Shown piece after piece: positions 50,989 through 60,976 of a stretch of DNA of 64,000 bases (within the stretch, counting starts at the first letter, position 1; every line of letters starts with the position of its first letter). The notes below the pieces were generated by a model. It did not search any database and had not been told where the DNA came from. It saw only the letters and a list, made by a program, of their open reading frames with translations. The stretch is from Chloroflexota bacterium (lineage in GTDB: Bacteria; Chloroflexota; UBA11872; VXOZ01), in assembly GCA_965221905.1 (NCBI GenBank), contig OZ244922.1, forward strand, positions 3,200,001 through 3,264,000. The letters run 5' to 3'. The position numbers and the translations under genes are program-made.

Positions 50989-52174
50989 GAAAACTCTGAA
51001 CAAGTCCCTGGCATAGTATCATAGCAAGAAAGCAGGATACGGTGAGGAGCTGGGTAATGGAGCAACCGACGTTTGCCGACTTGGAGTACGCGCAGAAGAA
51101 GCGCAAGACGCGCCGGGAGAAGTTCTTGGAGCGGATGGACGCGCTGCTCCCGTGGGCGGAGATGGAGGCGCGCATTGCGCCGTACTATCCCAAGCCAGGG
51201 CGGGGGCGGCGGCCGTATCCCTTGTCGGTAATGCTGCGGATACACTGCGTGCAGTTGTTCTACAACCTGAGCGATCCTGGGATGGAGGACATGCTGTACG
51301 AGGTAGAACCGGTGCGGCGGTTCGTGGGGCTGCGGCTGTCAGAGGCGCTGCCGGACGAGACGACTATTCTGCACTTTCGGCATTTGCTGGAGAAGCACCG
51401 GTTAGGAGAGGGGTTGTTGGCGGAGATCAACGCGCATTTGGCAGGTCGGGGCTTGCGGCTGCGAGCGGGGACGGTAGTGGACGCGACCATCATCGCGGCG
51501 CCGACATCGACGAAGAACCGAGAGGGGGAGCGAGACCCGGCGATGCGGCAGGTGAAGAAGGGGAACCAGTATTACTTTGGGATGAAGCTGCACATCGGCG
51601 TCGACGCACAGACGGGGCTCGTGCATAGCTTCACCACCACATCGGCCAACGTGCACGACGTAACGCAAGCGGCGGCGTTGCTGCACGGCGCAGAGCAGCA
51701 GGTGTGGGGAGACGCCGGGTACGTGGGGGTGCAGAAGCGACCGGAGCATCAGGGGCGCGCCGTAGCGTGGCAGGTGGCGCTCAAGCCGGGGCTGCGGCGG
51801 AAACTGGCGCCTGAGAGCGCGGCGGCGCTGGCAGAGCAGCGCAAAGCATCGGTTAGGGCCAAAGTAGAGCATCCGTTCCTGTGGGTGAAGCGGCACTTCG
51901 GCTACGCCACGGTGCGCTACCGGGGTCTGTCCAAGAACAGGCAACGGCTGGCGTTGCTGCTGGGGCTGACCAATGTGATGACGGCCGCACGCCAGTTGGC
52001 AACATGACACGGGAGCAGTGCGCCCAAAACACGGCCAGGAGCGTATTGCGCTTCCAACGGGACCGCATCAAAGCCAAAACAGCCCCTCCCACATGCCAAG
52101 ACACACCTCAAACCACCCCACAATCCCGCACATACCCATAAACCGATGCATATCCCGACTTGCTCAGACCTTTC
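50989..52174 (+). mobile_element. IS5-family insertion sequence (1186 bp)
   Basis: 18-bp TIRs GAAAACTCTGAACAAGTC / GACTTGCTCAGACCTTTC (15/18 match); CTAA flanks both ends (50985-50988, 52175-52178). Confidence 0.9.
51057..52007 (+). CDS. IS5-family DDE transposase
   Basis: TRREKFL, PDETTI..FR, VDAT, GMKLHIGVD, GDAGY and RAKVEHPF motifs. Confidence 0.95.
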   Translation: MEQPTFADLEYAQKKRKTRREKFLERMDALLPWAEMEARIAPYYPKPGRGRRPYPLSVMLRIHCVQLFYNLSDPGMEDMLYEVEPVRRFVGLRLSEALPDETTILHFRHLLEKHRLGEGLLAEINAHLAGRGLRLRAGTVVDATIIAAPTSTKNREGERDPAMRQVKKGNQYYFGMKLHIGVDAQTGLVHSFTTTSANVHDVTQAAALLHGAEQQVWGDAGYVGVQKRPEHQGRAVAWQVALKPGLRRKLAPESAAALAEQRKASVRAKVEHPFLWVKRHFGYATVRYRGLSKNRQRLALLLGLTNVMTAARQLAT

Positions 52175-52484
52175 CTAAACCTACAGGGATTGGCAGGACT
52201 CTTACATTGATGTCCGGGGTCGCCTCGCGGAATGCCTCGGTGATGGCGTAGCCATGACTGCCGGGTGTGGCAAAACCGCCATAGGCCCAGTAGCTGATGG
52301 TCACCGGTTCAGCGGATTCGGGCACCGACTCCTGCGCAGCGGGCGCATCGCCCTCAGATGTGGGCGCAGTCGCGGGTACTGCACCGCAGGCAGCGAGTAC
52401 GATCCCTCCACTCATTACACCAGTGGCTGAGTTCAGCCTTCTACGCGTAACAAGCCTCGCCTTGGGTACCACTCCTGTGTGCAA
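52175..52484 (-). pseudogene. 5' fragment of a Tat-lipoprotein solute-binding protein truncated at the IS5 end
   Basis: TRRRL, LAAC, Ala/Pro/Glu linker and VTISYW; reading frame runs into the IS TIR. Confidence 0.8.
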
Positions 52485-52735
52485 TTACAACAGTCTCTCT
52501 CGTTGTTCAAGAGTATACACCGCTATTGACTATTTTGCACAATGCTTGTAAGTAAGTTAACTGTGTTCGAGGCAAGAGATCACGCGCGATGGATGCAGTC
52601 GGCTACGCCGCGCGGTGATGAATTGTCTACCCATGAAGCCGGGTATTGCACGCATAGCAAAGCCCTAGTTACAGGATCTATAGCGCAGATACCCAATACG
52701 CTAAGCGAGGAATGAGTGCGGCGCGAATCCGCTGC

Positions 52736-53308
52736 TTAGAAGGGCAAACTAAAGGAAAAGATTGCCCGCAGAATGGCCCAGATGCTGCTATAGACAGCGC
52801 CCACCCAGAAGATGCCGTTCAGGGTGGTGCCGATTACAACTAAGGAATACGCGCGCCTCCCCGTGATCCCCATCAGCCAGATGAGCGGTACGCCTGCCAT
52901 AGTGGGGCCGGAGAACGTATATACCAGAAGAACCATGAGGTCGCGCCGTCTTTCCGACGCATAGACAAAGTTGCGGATCTTCTGCAAACGTTCGGCCTTG
53001 GCGCGTATCCAGTCGGAGAGGTCTAGCTCGAGCAAGAGCAGGTAGAGGAGCGCGCCATTGAGGACGATCATCACCAGGATCGTGGCTGCCGTGGCAATTG
53101 GCGCATTGAACTTCAAGATCAGGAAGTTAGAAAACAGAGTCACAATTATGTCAATAGAGGGCCAGAGCGCAAGCGTGACCACCCGCCGCAGATATTTTCG
53201 CAGCACGAGCCGATTGATCTTGCGCCGTGGCACGCGGCTGACAACCATCGTCAAGCGGTCGGCGGATTCCCGGCGATTTGGAGGCGGCTCTAATGCTGTA
53301 GCTGCCAT
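52736..53308 (-). CDS. Hypothetical membrane protein
   Basis: About 4 hydrophobic segments; RBS present. Confidence 0.65.
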   Translation of the reverse strand: MAATALEPPPNRRESADRLTMVVSRVPRRKINRLVLRKYLRRVVTLALWPSIDIIVTLFSNFLILKFNAPIATAATILVMIVLNGALLYLLLLELDLSDWIRAKAERLQKIRNFVYASERRRDLMVLLVYTFSGPTMAGVPLIWLMGITGRRAYSLVVIGTTLNGIFWVGAVYSSIWAILRAIFSFSLPF

Positions 53309-53483
53309 GGATTACTTCCGTCCAATAATTGAAATGACAGGTGCAAGCACTGTGCTGTGCAGCCGTGTCTTGAATCCAATGTAAAGTATATCTTTAATAA
53401 ATGCAAACTACATCTTTTAAGACAATAGATGCTATCTCGTATGCGCCCACAATCATAATCTTAACTCTTAAGATCAGGTTGTG

Positions 53484-54773
53484 TCAGCGCCCGACCACGG
53501 TATCCATACCCACCAGCGGTACGTTCGTGATGAGCGAGGCCTCAAGGCTGAGGGCGCGCAAGTCTTCAGCTTCAAGATCGTGGACGTTAGCTTTGCCGCA
53601 CGCCCGCGATAGCAGTTGGATTTCCTGCGTCAAGGTAGCGATAAAGTTCGCCAGGTGCTGTGCTGCGTCTTCGAATCCCGGCAGGTTGGCTATTGATTCG
53701 AGCGCGGGATCAGCGCGTTCACGTTCATCCCATCCATCTGTCGTGCCGTCCCGCTCACTTTCGGCGTTCACTTGCTGAGCCCATGGTTCTAAAGCAACAA
53801 GCGCGGCGGTGCCGATCGAAACGGCGTCCACGCCCAGCGCCAGCGCCTTGGCAACGTCGGCGCCGCTCCGGATGCCGCCGCAGAGTATGAGGCTGACCTC
53901 GTCTTCTAGCCCCAGTGCCTCTAGCGCGTGCCGCGCCTGGCAAACTGCCGCGATTCCGGGCACGCCGGTGTGCTCATTCAGGATTGCCGGGCCGGTGGTA
54001 GCGCCGGCCTCCATCCCCTCTACCGTCACAATATCCGCGCCCGCTTTCGCCGCAAGCTGGACGTCGTCGTAAACGTGCGCGGCACTGATCTTGACGATGA
54101 TGGGCACCTGCCAATCGGTCGCTTCCCGCAATTCTTCCACCTTCTTCGGGAGATCATCCGGCCCTACCCAGTCGGGATGCCGTGTCGGTGAATGAGAAAG
54201 CCGCGAGTAAGCCGTTTCACGGTCCAAGCGCGCTGCCTGCGGTGATTCATCGCTACTTCGATAGGGCATGCCGATGCTCGGACTCACGCCCCGCACACTG
54301 ACGAGCTCAATGACATCGGCCTGCAAAAGATGCCGCGGATTAAAGCCGATGCGGTTTGGCAGCACTTCATAGGAGAGCATCTTTGCACACTCCCGTTCCG
54401 CCGCCAACATGCCGCCATGGCCGGTGGTATAGAGGATGCCGGCGCGCGAGGCTCCGAACGCCAGTGCGGCCCGCACCGCGGGCGGCAGCAATTTGGCGCC
54501 CATACCGGCAATAGTTATCGGGGTGCTCAGCACAAGCGGTCGCGCGGCAAACCGCGTCCCTAGGGTCGTTTCGGTAGTGCATTGCTCGTAGAAGGCTTCC
54601 AGCGGCACTCGGCTCAACGAGCATGGTATTAACGAGAGGTCGTCAAACGTGGGAAGGCCCCGTGACCGTTCGGAGCGCCCCAAACGAAAGCGGCCGGTTT
54701 CAGCCTTTTCCTGTATTTCGGCATATACCTGGGAAGTATACGGCGTGTCCTCAGTCCTCTCAGGCGAGTCCAT
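53484..54773 (-). CDS. glxD: FMN-binding glutamate synthase domain protein (GlxD/MgsC-like), divergent
   Basis: LPTFDDL, TLGTRFA..P, RHPDW.GPDDL, ELREATDW and GGIRSGADVAKALALG motifs. Confidence 0.8.
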   Translation of the reverse strand: MDSPERTEDTPYTSQVYAEIQEKAETGRFRLGRSERSRGLPTFDDLSLIPCSLSRVPLEAFYEQCTTETTLGTRFAARPLVLSTPITIAGMGAKLLPPAVRAALAFGASRAGILYTTGHGGMLAAERECAKMLSYEVLPNRIGFNPRHLLQADVIELVSVRGVSPSIGMPYRSSDESPQAARLDRETAYSRLSHSPTRHPDWVGPDDLPKKVEELREATDWQVPIIVKISAAHVYDDVQLAAKAGADIVTVEGMEAGATTGPAILNEHTGVPGIAAVCQARHALEALGLEDEVSLILCGGIRSGADVAKALALGVDAVSIGTAALVALEPWAQQVNAESERDGTTDGWDERERADPALESIANLPGFEDAAQHLANFIATLTQEIQLLSRACGKANVHDLEAEDLRALSLEASLITNVPLVGMDTVVGR

Positions 54774-54793
54774 AGGAAACTCTAACTTTCAGT

Positions 54794-55447
54794 TTACAAA
54801 ATGCTCGCCGTGCCCCCGGCGCTAAACTTGCGAAACGGACGCATGTGCGAAAGGCCGGCCGTGGCGACAATCTCTGCTACGTACGCGCGCTCTTCCGGTG
54901 TCGGCTCTGCTTCAACCACACCCTCGCCAAGCTGCTTTACTCGCCCTGCCACAAATATGCGGCCGCCATTCATGCCGTGACCCAGCCGTTCACCGGCGTT
55001 GCCGCAAACGATAAGATCACCGTGATGCATCATGAAGCCACTCATGTATCCCACGTCCCCCCCTATTACCACCATACCACCAACCATCCCGATTCCGGTG
55101 CGGGCGGCCGCATTTCCCTGCACACATATCATGCCCCCGTGAATCGCGGTGCCCGTGGCATTGCCCGCGTGCCCGCGCACGACGATGCTCCCGCTCTGGA
55201 GGCCTTCGCCCGTGCTCCACCCGGCGCTGCCGTGGATTTCGATCGTAGGCCCGTCGCCCATTGCGCCGCAGTAAAAGCCCACACTTCCCGCAAAGATAAG
55301 GTGCACAGATTCAAACAACGCCACGCCGAGACTGTGCCGGCCGCGCGGGTCGTAAACGTGGATATCGTGCTGCCCCTGCTCAATCGCGCGGCGAATGAGC
55401 CGGTTGACTTCTCGCGTAGAACGATCGACAGCTTCAATGAAGAACAT
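54794..55447 (-). CDS. glxC: GXGXG beta-helix protein (GlxC/MgsB-like)
   Basis: GRHSLGV, GSVGFYCG and repeated V.G.AG motifs. Confidence 0.82.
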   Translation of the reverse strand: MFFIEAVDRSTREVNRLIRRAIEQGQHDIHVYDPRGRHSLGVALFESVHLIFAGSVGFYCGAMGDGPTIEIHGSAGWSTGEGLQSGSIVVRGHAGNATGTAIHGGMICVQGNAAARTGIGMVGGMVVIGGDVGYMSGFMMHHGDLIVCGNAGERLGHGMNGGRIFVAGRVKQLGEGVVEAEPTPEERAYVAEIVATAGLSHMRPFRKFSAGGTASIL

Positions 55448-55474
55448 AGTGCCGACTTAAGGTAAGGCGAGCTG

Positions 55475-56404
55475 TTAAGAAGATTCCAAAGTGCTCGGTG
55501 TCCGCGTGGCCCAAACGTGCACTTCCTTAGCGTCCGGCTCCCAGGTGATCAAATCTTGATCCAGCCCTTCACAGACGGCGGCGGCTTCGGAGCTTACTAC
55601 CACGAATTCATCGGTTTCGGCAATAACAAGCGGGCGGCCGCCCATGAAGTCTTTGGCTGCGCCAAGCTCCTTCTCGGTGGCAACGACATAAGCATAGGTG
55701 CCGTCAAGCACGTCGAGAGAGGCGCGCATCGCCTCTTCCAGTGAAGCCCCTTGCTGCATTTCCATAGCGAGAAAACTGCCGATAATCTCCGCGTCGTTCG
55801 TCGTAAAGAAACGATGGCCCTGTGCCTGATATTTGCGGCGGAGCTTGTGATAGTTGGTGATCTGTCCCGTGTGCGCCACGGCCATGTCAGGCCGAGGGTG
55901 CGCCCAAAAGGGCTGCGAGTGGCTCACGTCTACCCGACTCTCAGTGGCGAGACGGGCTTGGCCGATCATGTGGGTACCTTGTATCGTGGAGAGAGCGTAC
56001 TCTTCTTCGAGATGGTCGATTGAGCCGACGTCCTTGATGATGCTGAGACGCCGACCGACGCTGAAACACTCGACTTCGCCGACGCTCTCGACAACGTCCA
56101 CGATCCCATGCACGTCTTCTACCTCATCGAGCACGAGTTGCAGCGAATGGCCCAACATGCGCGATTTGACGACGTTGGCTTTGCGACCCACGCGCCGCAC
56201 GACACGCCCACTCAGCGTGCGTCCGTCATCGCCTTCAATCTTCACTGAGACCAGCACTTGGCCGCGTGTCTCCCGCACGAAAAATGCAGCCCCGGTAGAA
56301 TCGGGCGTGTGCGGCGAAAGCGAACGCAGCATCTTGAGCGCGATGCGGCCGATCGGCGCATAGCCGTCGCCAGCGCGATCGAGGTAACCTACAACGCCAT
56401 ACAC
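55475..56404 (-). CDS. glxB: Class II (Ntn) glutamine amidotransferase-like protein (GlxB/MgsA-like) lacking the N-terminal Cys
   Basis: MYGVVG, DSTG, RLATES.V...HSQPF, HTGQITNY and NDAE motifs. Confidence 0.78.
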   Translation of the reverse strand: MYGVVGYLDRAGDGYAPIGRIALKMLRSLSPHTPDSTGAAFFVRETRGQVLVSVKIEGDDGRTLSGRVVRRVGRKANVVKSRMLGHSLQLVLDEVEDVHGIVDVVESVGEVECFSVGRRLSIIKDVGSIDHLEEEYALSTIQGTHMIGQARLATESRVDVSHSQPFWAHPRPDMAVAHTGQITNYHKLRRKYQAQGHRFFTTNDAEIIGSFLAMEMQQGASLEEAMRASLDVLDGTYAYVVATEKELGAAKDFMGGRPLVIAETDEFVVVSSEAAAVCEGLDQDLITWEPDAKEVHVWATRTPSTLESS

Positions 56405-56538
56405 GGTTCAAACCTCCCTCTCTATCATACGCCTTCAGACTGGAAAACACGCCGCAGCCGCATCATCCCTCACCCAATGTAATTGTGACGACGGCCCGGG
56501 CAAGCATTCTGCGCTGCATGCTCTTCATTATCATCAGT

Positions 56539-56670
56539 AGCGTAGGTTTGCAACCTGCGCCCAACGAGTGCGCCGGAGGTTTGCAACCTGCGCCCACCGA
56601 GCGCAGCGTAGGTTTGCAGCCTGCGCCCACCGAATGCAGCGGAGGTTTGCAACCTGCGCCCAGCGAGTGC
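56539..56670. repeat. Four direct tandem 33-bp units built on a REP palindrome (family B)
   Basis: AGCG[T/G]AGGTTTGCAACCTGCGCCCAxCGAxTGC consensus, 4 copies. Confidence 0.85.
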
Positions 56671-56835
56671 GGTGTTGCTCCGCAGCCCTCTACGGGTTAG
56701 CGCATTGCTACGCGAGCTACTCCCCGCCGCATCGGTGCAACCCAATGCATGTTTGGCATTCAGAACAAGCCTAATGTATAGACCGTCCAAGTGTCCCACG
56801 CGACCTCCAATTCGGGCAAATCCGGCGCTGCATGC

Positions 56836-56865
56836 TTGACCCTCTGTCCGCGCCAAACCTATAAT
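56836..56865 (+). promoter_or_regulatory. Sigma70-type promoter for tRNA-Thr
   Basis: TTGACC-N18-TATAAT. Confidence 0.7.
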
Positions 56866-56945
56866 TCAAGTGTGCCTGATGGGGCGGTTTTCAAACTGAT
56901 TACGTGGTTTACCGAATCAGGACGCGGTTTCAAACCGAAGTACGC

Positions 56946-57017
56946 GCCGACGTAGCTCAATGGCAGAGCAGCGGTTTTGTAAACCGCAGGTTATGGGTTC
57001 GACTCCCTTCGTCGGCT
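56946..57017 (+). tRNA. tRNA-Thr(TGT)
   Basis: GCCGACG acceptor stem, GCGGT-TTTGTAA-ACCGC anticodon arm, GGTTCGACTCC T arm; CCA not encoded (CCG follows). Confidence 0.96.
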
Positions 57018-57324
57018 CCGATTGCACTTTATGTCGAGGATATTTGGGGCGGGTGGTCACTACGCTGACGCGCCCGCCTTGTTACTATCGCGCCTCGAAT
57101 CTGCGCTGTTGCTGCCATTTCTCGCAGCAGTCGCTGTCCGATTGAACGTGCCGCTTGCTGCGAACGTACTCATAAAAACCTTCGAGACAGCTAAGGAACG
57201 CCAAGACAGCCAATTCTGGACGCGGAGCGGGTTGCAGACCTGCAGAGGCAGGCGCGGAACTGCTTACGCTATCGCAATTCACGAGAGACCGCTGCGACAT
57301 TACACAACCGTAGGGAGGTGAGAC

Positions 57325-59568
57325 GTGAGTGGTTCAACCCCCGAGCGTGTAACGATTGAGATTGACCCCCAGCCCGGCGCTGAGCCTGATCGGTGCGACA
57401 TTGCTTTCCACGGTGTTGACGGCTTGGTAGACCGTGGCTTGGCGCTCACCCTGCCGGCGGGCAGAGTCGGCGCCTGGGAGCTCACGGTCACCGTGAGCGA
57501 TACCGTCCGGCCCGGCGGCAGCTTCCTCTTCCAGCGCCACGGCTTCTTGCTCGCGCACCGCGTGCAGGACTATAACCCGCCGGCGCGTGACTACGTCTCG
57601 CTGGAAACAGATTCGGCGGCGCAACTGCGCCTCGTCGTAAACTCGCTTAACCAGTCCCACCGACCGAGCTTTGCCCAAGTGATCGTAACGGACGGCGTGC
57701 TCACAGCGGGCGATCGCTTTACCTTGCGGGTGGGCGACCGGCGTCAGGGCGGCGCCGGCAGCGAGGTCTACGATGCGACGACATTGGGGCGCTTCGTACT
57801 TGCCGTAGACCGCAACGGCAGCGGGACGTACCGTACACTCGCGTGCAGCCCGGCGACGGTTCGCATCATTTCAGAACCCCACGCGGACATGCTGCGCGTG
57901 CTCGGCCCCTCGGTGGTTGCGCCGGATGAACCCTTTGCCCTGCACCTCATTGCCTTCGATCGGCATCGCAACGTGTGCGCCCAGTACCGGGGAACGGTGA
58001 CGCTTACCGCCCCCAACGGTGCAAGCGACGCGCTCCCGCCAACGGTCTCGTTCACGCCGCGGGAACAGGGCATCCACATTATCGAGAATGTGCGCCTCAG
58101 TACGCCCGGACTCTACCGCTTCACAGCCACCGACGAAAAGACCGGCTTGCAGGCGCTGAGCAATCCCACGCTCTGCCAGGTCGCGCCAGAGCGGCGCCTG
58201 CTCTGGGGCGAGTTGCACTGCCATAGCTGGGGCGACACGACGCTCGCGCTGATGAGTGAACCAAATTTCAAGGTGCATCCCGCGCGACGGCACGACCAGG
58301 CGCGGCAGGTGGGCCGCTTGGACTTCTGCTCGCCCGGACCTATGTCCGCGCCAAACGACAAAGACCGCCCCGAGGTCTGGCAGGCGCACCAGGCAGCATT
58401 TCACGCCAATGACGAGCCAGGGACGTACGTGCCGTTTCTGGCTTACGAGGCGCATCCGGGCAGAGGCGGGGATCGCAATGTGGTCTTCTACACGCACGAA
58501 GACACCCACATCCCCATGAAAGCCCCTATGGACGACGTCATGGCTGCCTACGGTGGGCGCGATGACGTGCTCTTGGAGGCCCATATCGGCGGCGGCCCGC
58601 CCAACTGGACGGCATACCCCACCAAGGAAGCGCCATTGCTGGAAGTCACCAGCGGCCACGGTGCCTTCGAGTGGGTGCTGCAACGGGCGCTGCGCCACGG
58701 TTACCATCCGGCAGTAATTGGCTCTAGCGATGTCCACCTGCCCACGCTCGGCGCGCCGATGGCGGCCCATTGCTTCCGGGGACGCTTCAACAAAGAGCTA
58801 AATATCCGCGATTCAGGATTTGGGAGCGGACAGGTGGCCGGGGTATATGCGGAGGCCTGTGAGCGGCAGTCCATTTGGCAGGCAATCCAAAACCGCCGCA
58901 CCTTCGCCACAACCGGCGCGCGCATCATCCTGGACGTGAGCGTAAACGGGGAAGCAGGCGGCAGCATTATCGAGTCGTCAGGGCCTGTTGTAATTAACAT
59001 TCGCGCCCATGCCTGCGCGCCAGTCGAGCGCGTAGACCTGATCAGAGGCGACCGCTGTCTGGCATCCTGGTTGCCCGACACGTTGGATACCACGCTTGAC
59101 TTCACCGACGCGCAGCCGTTGCGCGAGGGGGCTTACTACGTGCGCCTGCGCCAAACCGACGGTGAGTTTGCCTGGAGCACACCGGTTTGGGTCACCTGCG
59201 CCCACGGCAGCAATACACCAGACCCAGACCTGCCGCTTTGGAACGCCCACGAGCCGGTTGACCTGGCGCAACTGCGCCCCAACGCCGCCGAGCAGTACGA
59301 ATCCGCGCTCCTGAATTACTTGGAGACCGAGGAAGACCCGGCGCTGTTTCAAGACCTGACGCCGGTGAAGCTGCTGGAGGAAGCTACGGGCCGCTCCGCC
59401 TTGTTCTATGCTTTCTTTGCACCCGACGGCTGGCCGGTAAGCATCCGCTGGTATTATGAATTCGACCTGCCCCGACTGCACCTAGACTGGGGCTGGCGGG
59501 ATTTCGGCGCACGTCCGACACCCACCAGCATCACCGAACCGGCGGAAGTCAAACCGCCCCTTGCCTGA
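57325..59568 (+). CDS. DUF3604-like / PHP-fold metallohydrolase
   Basis: WGELHCHS, FLAYE, GDRNV, EVTSGHG, GSSDVH, RRTFATTG.RI and YYVR..Q.DG..AWS.P motifs. Confidence 0.78.
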   Translation: MSGSTPERVTIEIDPQPGAEPDRCDIAFHGVDGLVDRGLALTLPAGRVGAWELTVTVSDTVRPGGSFLFQRHGFLLAHRVQDYNPPARDYVSLETDSAAQLRLVVNSLNQSHRPSFAQVIVTDGVLTAGDRFTLRVGDRRQGGAGSEVYDATTLGRFVLAVDRNGSGTYRTLACSPATVRIISEPHADMLRVLGPSVVAPDEPFALHLIAFDRHRNVCAQYRGTVTLTAPNGASDALPPTVSFTPREQGIHIIENVRLSTPGLYRFTATDEKTGLQALSNPTLCQVAPERRLLWGELHCHSWGDTTLALMSEPNFKVHPARRHDQARQVGRLDFCSPGPMSAPNDKDRPEVWQAHQAAFHANDEPGTYVPFLAYEAHPGRGGDRNVVFYTHEDTHIPMKAPMDDVMAAYGGRDDVLLEAHIGGGPPNWTAYPTKEAPLLEVTSGHGAFEWVLQRALRHGYHPAVIGSSDVHLPTLGAPMAAHCFRGRFNKELNIRDSGFGSGQVAGVYAEACERQSIWQAIQNRRTFATTGARIILDVSVNGEAGGSIIESSGPVVINIRAHACAPVERVDLIRGDRCLASWLPDTLDTTLDFTDAQPLREGAYYVRLRQTDGEFAWSTPVWVTCAHGSNTPDPDLPLWNAHEPVDLAQLRPNAAEQYESALLNYLETEEDPALFQDLTPVKLLEEATGRSALFYAFFAPDGWPVSIRWYYEFDLPRLHLDWGWRDFGARPTPTSITEPAEVKPPLA

Positions 59569-59688
59569 CGGAGACAATACTGGCCGGATTCTCGCCAAGA
59601 GGAACGTCATTCCTGTAAGTGTTGGCTAATCCGTTGACAAATTCGTCAATCCAGTTGATACCCCGGATAGTAGAAGACGGTCGGCTCC

Positions 59689-59785
59689 GTCATTCCGGCT
59701 TTCGCCGGAATCCATCTTCACTGCACCCTAGACTCAGGCCCCGTATCAAATACGGGGCCTGATATTAGCGCTGGAGGAGTGAATC
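59689..59785. repeat. Composite palindromic repeat, inverted homologue of 13771-13868
   Basis: GTCATTCCGGCTTTCGCCGGAATCCATCTTC plus GGCCCCGTATCAAATACGGGGCC. Confidence 0.65.
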
Positions 59786-59884
59786 CGCAGGTTTTCCGTC
59801 ACTTTCGCACAAGCGAGAACCTATACTTAGAGGAACATGCCCATGAGTTCCCCGCCATTCCCGCAAAGGAAGGAATTAAACGTC

Positions 59885-60916
59885 ATGCGCCCCCTTGCTT
59901 TCGAATACGACCTCTCGCAGCACGTCGATGAAGCGGAGCCCGCCATGCTTTTTGGCGGCTCCACGGTCGAGGAGTTACGCGATTGGCAAGAACGGTTTCG
60001 TGCCAAGGTGCTGAGCCTGCTGGGCATTCTGCCGGAGCGTGCCGCGCTTGTGATCGAATACGAACAGGAACTTGACTGCGGTACCTACATGCGCCACAAG
60101 ATCCGCTACCAGACTGAGCGCGACGTCTGGGTGCCGGCCTATCTCCTCGTGCCCAAGGGTGTTTCCCCTACGCAGAAGTCAGCGGCGATCCTCTGCCTGC
60201 ACGGTCACGGGCGGTTCGGCAAAGACAGCGTCGTCGGCATTGACGATACGCCGGAGCGCGCGGAGGAAGTAGACCGCCTGCAATACGATTTCGGCCGCCG
60301 CTTTGCGGAACAGGGGTACGTGGTGCTTGCGCCCGATCTGCGCGGCTTTGGCGAGCGCCAGCCCCATTACCCTGATCCCAAGCCCGACTACTGTTGCCGC
60401 AACTACATGGCCGCCACTCTGCTTGGCCGCACCGTGGTCGGCTACCAACTCTGCGACCTGCACGCGGCGCTGGATGTGCTGCAGTCATTGCCTTATGTCG
60501 ATTCTGAAAAGCTGGCCGCGGCGGGCCTCTCCTACGGCGGACGCATGACCATGGTGATCAGCGCCATGGACCCCCGCATCAAGGTCTGCGTGCCCTCCGG
60601 CTGCCTGAACATGTACCAGGAACGCTTCCAAAATCTAAAACAGTGCGGCTCGCAACTCATTCCCAGCTTGCTCCTCTACGGCGACACACCTGAGATATTC
60701 TCGCTCATCGCGCCGCGCCCGATGGTCATCGAGTGGGGCCTGCAGGATAAGCTCATCCCCCACGAGTGGGCCGAGCGCGGCCTCGCCCGCATCCGCAAAG
60801 CCTACGCCGCATCGGGAAGTCCTGACAACCTCACCCTGCACCAATTCGACAAAGGCCACGTCTTCGAAGGCACCGTAGGAGCCGATATGCTACACCAGTG
60901 GCGGCAAGGAGAGTAA
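59885..60916 (+). CDS. Alpha/beta hydrolase (dienelactone hydrolase / acetylxylan esterase-like)
   Basis: LCLHGHG, GFGER, GLSYGG nucleophile, LIAPRP, D and GH. Confidence 0.88.
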   Translation: MRPLAFEYDLSQHVDEAEPAMLFGGSTVEELRDWQERFRAKVLSLLGILPERAALVIEYEQELDCGTYMRHKIRYQTERDVWVPAYLLVPKGVSPTQKSAAILCLHGHGRFGKDSVVGIDDTPERAEEVDRLQYDFGRRFAEQGYVVLAPDLRGFGERQPHYPDPKPDYCCRNYMAATLLGRTVVGYQLCDLHAALDVLQSLPYVDSEKLAAAGLSYGGRMTMVISAMDPRIKVCVPSGCLNMYQERFQNLKQCGSQLIPSLLLYGDTPEIFSLIAPRPMVIEWGLQDKLIPHEWAERGLARIRKAYAASGSPDNLTLHQFDKGHVFEGTVGADMLHQWRQGE

Positions 60917-60976
60917 CAGGCAGAGACCTCGCCCAGTATGCGCCCGCCGACTCGTGAGCATTGGTAGGAAGATCCC

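Noticed and set aside
50801-51175. Long N-terminal extension of the 579-aa ORF
   Set aside because: Runs antisense through the IS5 end; the real start is the Tat signal at 50800
56539-56670. Possible CRISPR array
   Set aside because: Linkers are about 10 nt and similar to each other, the core is a dispersed REP, and there are no cas genes
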